A stretch of 18,266 bases of DNA from Candidatus Eiseniibacteriota bacterium (lineage in GTDB: Bacteria; Eisenbacteria; RBG-16-71-46). Both the position numbers and the translations under genes were made by a program. Below are positions 15,897-18,266 of this stretch, in pieces. Every line of letters starts with the position of its first letter. The stretch's first letter is position 1. Below the pieces are notes generated by a model. That model saw only the letters and a program-made list of their open reading frames with translations. It did not search any database and was not told where the DNA came from. The stretch spans positions 1 through 18,266 of the forward strand of contig JBGAML010000030.1 in NCBI GenBank assembly GCA_044223005.1. Direction: 5' to 3'.

Positions 15897-16925
15897 ATGA
15901 AGAAGCTCGCCTGCGTCGCACTGCTCGGCCTAGTTCTGCTGCCTTCACTGGCGTTCGCCGCGGACCTCACCTGGCCCGACCTGGTGCGGCGGCCCGAGTT
16001 CTGGCCGTCGCAGTGCACGCTCAAGCGCGCGCTGGAGTTCGAGAGCGGCAAGAAGGTGAAGGCCGGCCAGGTCGTGGACGTGGTCTCGATCAACCCGACC
16101 GAGATCGAGGTCGAGATCCCGGCGCAGGACTTGAGCTTCGCCCCGAGGCCCGAGGAGACCGACGCGCTCGCGCGCGCGAACGCAGTCTGGAAGTCGCTCT
16201 CGCCGGTGCAGCGCGAGCTCACGTTCGAAACGCTGCTCAAGCGGCAGGAACTCTGGCCGTACCGCGTCACGTTGACGGCGGAGTTCACCGTGGACGGCGT
16301 GCGTTTCGAACGTGGACGCCGGGTGATTCTCGCGGGCACGCAGGGCCGCAAGCTGACGGTCGTGTCGGAGGCGCCGCTCAAGGTGTTCGACGTTCTGCCT
16401 CAGGCGACCGACCTGATCGATCAGGCTCGCAGGTGCGTGGCGGCCGGACATGCGACCCCGGCTCGCGTGCTCGACGAACTCGATGGACGACTCGTGAGCG
16501 CCACGACCGGTGCACCCGCGCCGCTCGATCCCGGCGCCTCGCCACGCTACATCGCATTCCTACGCGGCTCGAACACCTGTCCCATCACGCGCCGCATGGC
16601 GCCGAAGCTTGTCGCCTTCTACAAGACCGTGAAGGCGGCGCACCCCGAGTTCGAGATGATCTACGTGCCCGCCAGCAACACCGTGCCGGACCGGCACAAA
16701 TTCGCGAAGGAGATGGGTTTCCCCTGGCGCGCCACCACGACCGACGCCGGCATGCTGCCCGTGTGTGGCCAGCCCTTCGCGTCCAAGATCCCCGAGCTCG
16801 TGGTGATGGACCCCGCGGGCAACGTGCTCATCAACGCCGTGCAGGAGAACGTCCCCGGCGCACTCAAGCAGTTGCAGGCCATGCTGGACGCGCCGCCGGC
16901 GAAACAGAAGCCGCAGGGAAACTGA
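15897..16925 (+). CDS. Secreted protein with two tandem N-terminal repeats and a C-terminal thioredoxin-like (nucleoredoxin/tryparedoxin-type) domain (342 aa)
   Basis: ATG 15897 with GGAGA RBS at 15886-15890. Signal peptide MKKLACVALLGLVLLPSLAFA. C-terminal YIAFLRGSNTCPITRRMAPKLVAFYKTVKAAHPEFEMIYV...MGFPW...KIPELVVMDPAGNVL matches the thioredoxin-like fold, including the cis-Pro IP motif. Confidence 0.82.
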   Translation: MKKLACVALLGLVLLPSLAFAADLTWPDLVRRPEFWPSQCTLKRALEFESGKKVKAGQVVDVVSINPTEIEVEIPAQDLSFAPRPEETDALARANAVWKSLSPVQRELTFETLLKRQELWPYRVTLTAEFTVDGVRFERGRRVILAGTQGRKLTVVSEAPLKVFDVLPQATDLIDQARRCVAAGHATPARVLDELDGRLVSATTGAPAPLDPGASPRYIAFLRGSNTCPITRRMAPKLVAFYKTVKAAHPEFEMIYVPASNTVPDRHKFAKEMGFPWRATTTDAGMLPVCGQPFASKIPELVVMDPAGNVLINAVQENVPGALKQLQAMLDAPPAKQKPQGN

Positions 16926-16965
16926 AGCCGGCGTTTGCGAGCGCGTGAGGGCGAGGTGGCGGAGC

Positions 16966-17041
16966 TGGCGTCCCCAACGGGATTCGAACCCGTGTTACCG
17001 CCGTGAAAGGGCGGTGTCCTAGGCCTCTAGACGATGGGGAC
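16966..17041 (-). tRNA. tRNA-Glu (anticodon TTC), 76 nt, CCA encoded
   Basis: Minus strand reads GTCCCCATCGTCTAGAGGCCTAGGACACCGCCCTTTCACGGCGGTAACACGGGTTCGAATCCCGTTGGGGACGCCA. Acceptor stem GTCCCCA/TGGGGAC, anticodon arm CCGCC-CTTTCAC-GGCGG (anticodon at 17005-17007), T-loop TTCGAAT. Confidence 0.99.
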
Positions 17042-17059
17042 GCGGCAATGCGGGCGGGC

Positions 17060-17088
17060 ACAATAGCGTTGCGCAGCGGCTCCGGCAA
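17060..17088 (-). promoter_or_regulatory. Sigma70-type promoter of tRNA-Glu
   Basis: Minus strand TTGCCG (17088-17083), N17, TATTGT (17065-17060), followed by the GC-rich discriminator-like GCCCGCCC typical of stable-RNA promoters. The -10 lies 18 nt before the mature tRNA. Confidence 0.65.
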
Positions 17089-17124
17089 GCGGGCCGGTCT
17101 CCGTGGCGCGATCGCGGTGCCGGC

Positions 17125-18266
17125 TCAGTTGCCCTTGGAGAGCTGGACGGGCGTGGCTTCGCGCACGCTGTACCTGGTCATCAGCGTGGTCGACGCGATG
17201 TCGGCGGCGTCGCGGCTGGGGTAGCTGCCGAGCACCACGCGGAACATCTGCGTGCCCGCGCTCGAGTAGGGCAGCACCACCGCGGGCAGGTGCGTGAGGC
17301 CGGCGAGCCGGTCGCGTTCCTGGTTGGCGCGGTCGCGCTCGAGGTACGAGGCCACGCCGACGCCGAACGTCGGTCCGGTCGCGGCGGGCTTGGTCGCGGG
17401 CGTCGTCGCCGTCGCGGGCGCCGTCGTCGCGGGCTTCGCAGGTGAGGGCGTCACGTCGGGCGGCGCGGGCTTGGGCGTCGCGGCCGCCACGGGGGCGCTC
17501 GTCGCGGGCTTCGGCGTCGTCGCTGCGGGCATGGTCGCGGGGACCGGCGGCGAGGTGCTCGTCGCCGCGGGCGTCGTGGCGGTGGACTCGGGAGCGGTCG
17601 CGACCGCCGTGGGCGTCGTCGCGACCGGCGCGGGAGTCCTCGCGGCGGGCTCGGCGGCCGCGTGCGCCTTCGCGGTCGGCACGATGCCGCGCAGGAACGG
17701 CAGGTCGATCACCTGGAATCGCTGCGCGAGCACGGTGCCGACCAGCACGGCGACCAGCACGACGCCGCCCAGGATCATGGGCACGGCGCCGCTCTTCGTG
17801 CGCGCGTCCTCACGCGCGATGTCGTCCTCGATCTTCTGGCGCAGCCGCGGCGGCAGGCCGGACAGGTCCGCGGCGTCGGGGCGCGCGCTCGCGCTGCGCG
17901 CGGCGATCTCGGCGAGCGACGGGAAGGGCTCGGGCTCGGGTGCCTCGGGCGGCGCGGCCGCGATCGGCTCCGGCGCGACGGCACGCGGAGCGGGTGCGAC
18001 GGGCGCAGGCGGCGGCTCGTAAGCGGGCGGCGGTTCGTACGGCGCGGGCTCGGGCTCGCCCATCGCGGCGGCGGTCTTGCGGCGCGCCTCCATCAGGTCG
18101 CGCGCGGCGAGCGACCACGCGTCCAACTCGCGACGCTCGATGCGGTCGACGCGCGGCGCGGGCTTGGGATCGGGCGGCGGCGCGAGCGGCGTTGCGAGCG
18201 GGGCGGCGGCAGCGGCCGCCGCGGCGGCCGCCGCGGGCGCGCTCGGCGCGGGCGCCCGGGTGGGCG
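17125..18266 (-). CDS. Membrane-anchored SPOR (peptidoglycan-binding) domain protein with long Pro/Ala/Thr linker (5'-partial)
   Basis: The frame stays open from 18126 to the window end. Single TM AVPMILGGVVLVAVLVGTVLA, then a PAT-rich linker. C-terminal FGVGVASYLERDRANQERDRL...MFRVVLGSYPSRDAAD is a SPOR beta-alpha-beta repeat pattern. Confidence 0.85.
   Translation of the reverse strand, partial: PTRAPAPSAPAAAAAAAAAAAPLATPLAPPPDPKPAPRVDRIERRELDAWSLAARDLMEARRKTAAAMGEPEPAPYEPPPAYEPPPAPVAPAPRAVAPEPIAAAPPEAPEPEPFPSLAEIAARSASARPDAADLSGLPPRLRQKIEDDIAREDARTKSGAVPMILGGVVLVAVLVGTVLAQRFQVIDLPFLRGIVPTAKAHAAAEPAARTPAPVATTPTAVATAPESTATTPAATSTSPPVPATMPAATTPKPATSAPVAAATPKPAPPDVTPSPAKPATTAPATATTPATKPAATGPTFGVGVASYLERDRANQERDRLAGLTHLPAVVLPYSSAGTQMFRVVLGSYPSRDAADIASTTLMTRYSVREATPVQLSKGN
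18004..18039 (-). repeat. Imperfect 18-bp coding tandem duplication (YEPPPA x2)
   Basis: The + strand reads cgcaggcggcggctcgta / agcgggcggcggttcgta, inside the SPOR gene. Confidence 0.7.

Noticed and set aside
17380..17660. Low-complexity repeats (PATT / TPKPA)
   Set aside because: This is an ordinary Pro/Ala/Thr linker of a SPOR protein, not a DNA repeat element.
1..18266. Mobile element, prophage or anti-phage defence system
   Set aside because: No integrase, transposase, phage structural, nuclease or toxin-antitoxin motifs were recognised on either strand.

Overview
Very GC-rich bacterial DNA with about 12 protein-coding genes, one decayed gene and one tRNA. No CRISPR array, integrase, transposase or rRNA is visible. 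From left to right: a 3'-truncated secreted FG-GAP (integrin-alpha-like) beta-propeller protein (-, absent from the ORF track); three small exported or membrane-anchored hypothetical proteins (-); an internally deleted, frameshifted group II PLP-dependent decarboxylase remnant (+); a CheB-CheR-PAS-histidine kinase-receiver hybrid (-); a RibD/DHFR-fold protein (-); a secreted hypothetical protein (-); a Spondin_N + FlgD-Ig secreted protein (-); a divergent, translationally coupled pair encoding ChaN-PDZ and an M1 + M28 + PDZ double peptidase (+), followed by a hairpin; a secreted protein with two tandem repeats and a CxxT thioredoxin-like domain behind a structured leader (+); tRNA-Glu(TTC) with a sigma70-like promoter (-); and a 5'-truncated SPOR-domain membrane protein (-). 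The best candidate for a poorly described system is the ChaN-PDZ / M1-M28-PDZ exported proteolysis module. High GC plus a FlgD-type C-terminal domain is compatible with an FCB-related lineage such as Ca. Eisenbacteria, but this is inference only. All domain calls come from motif recognition by eye; no database was searched.
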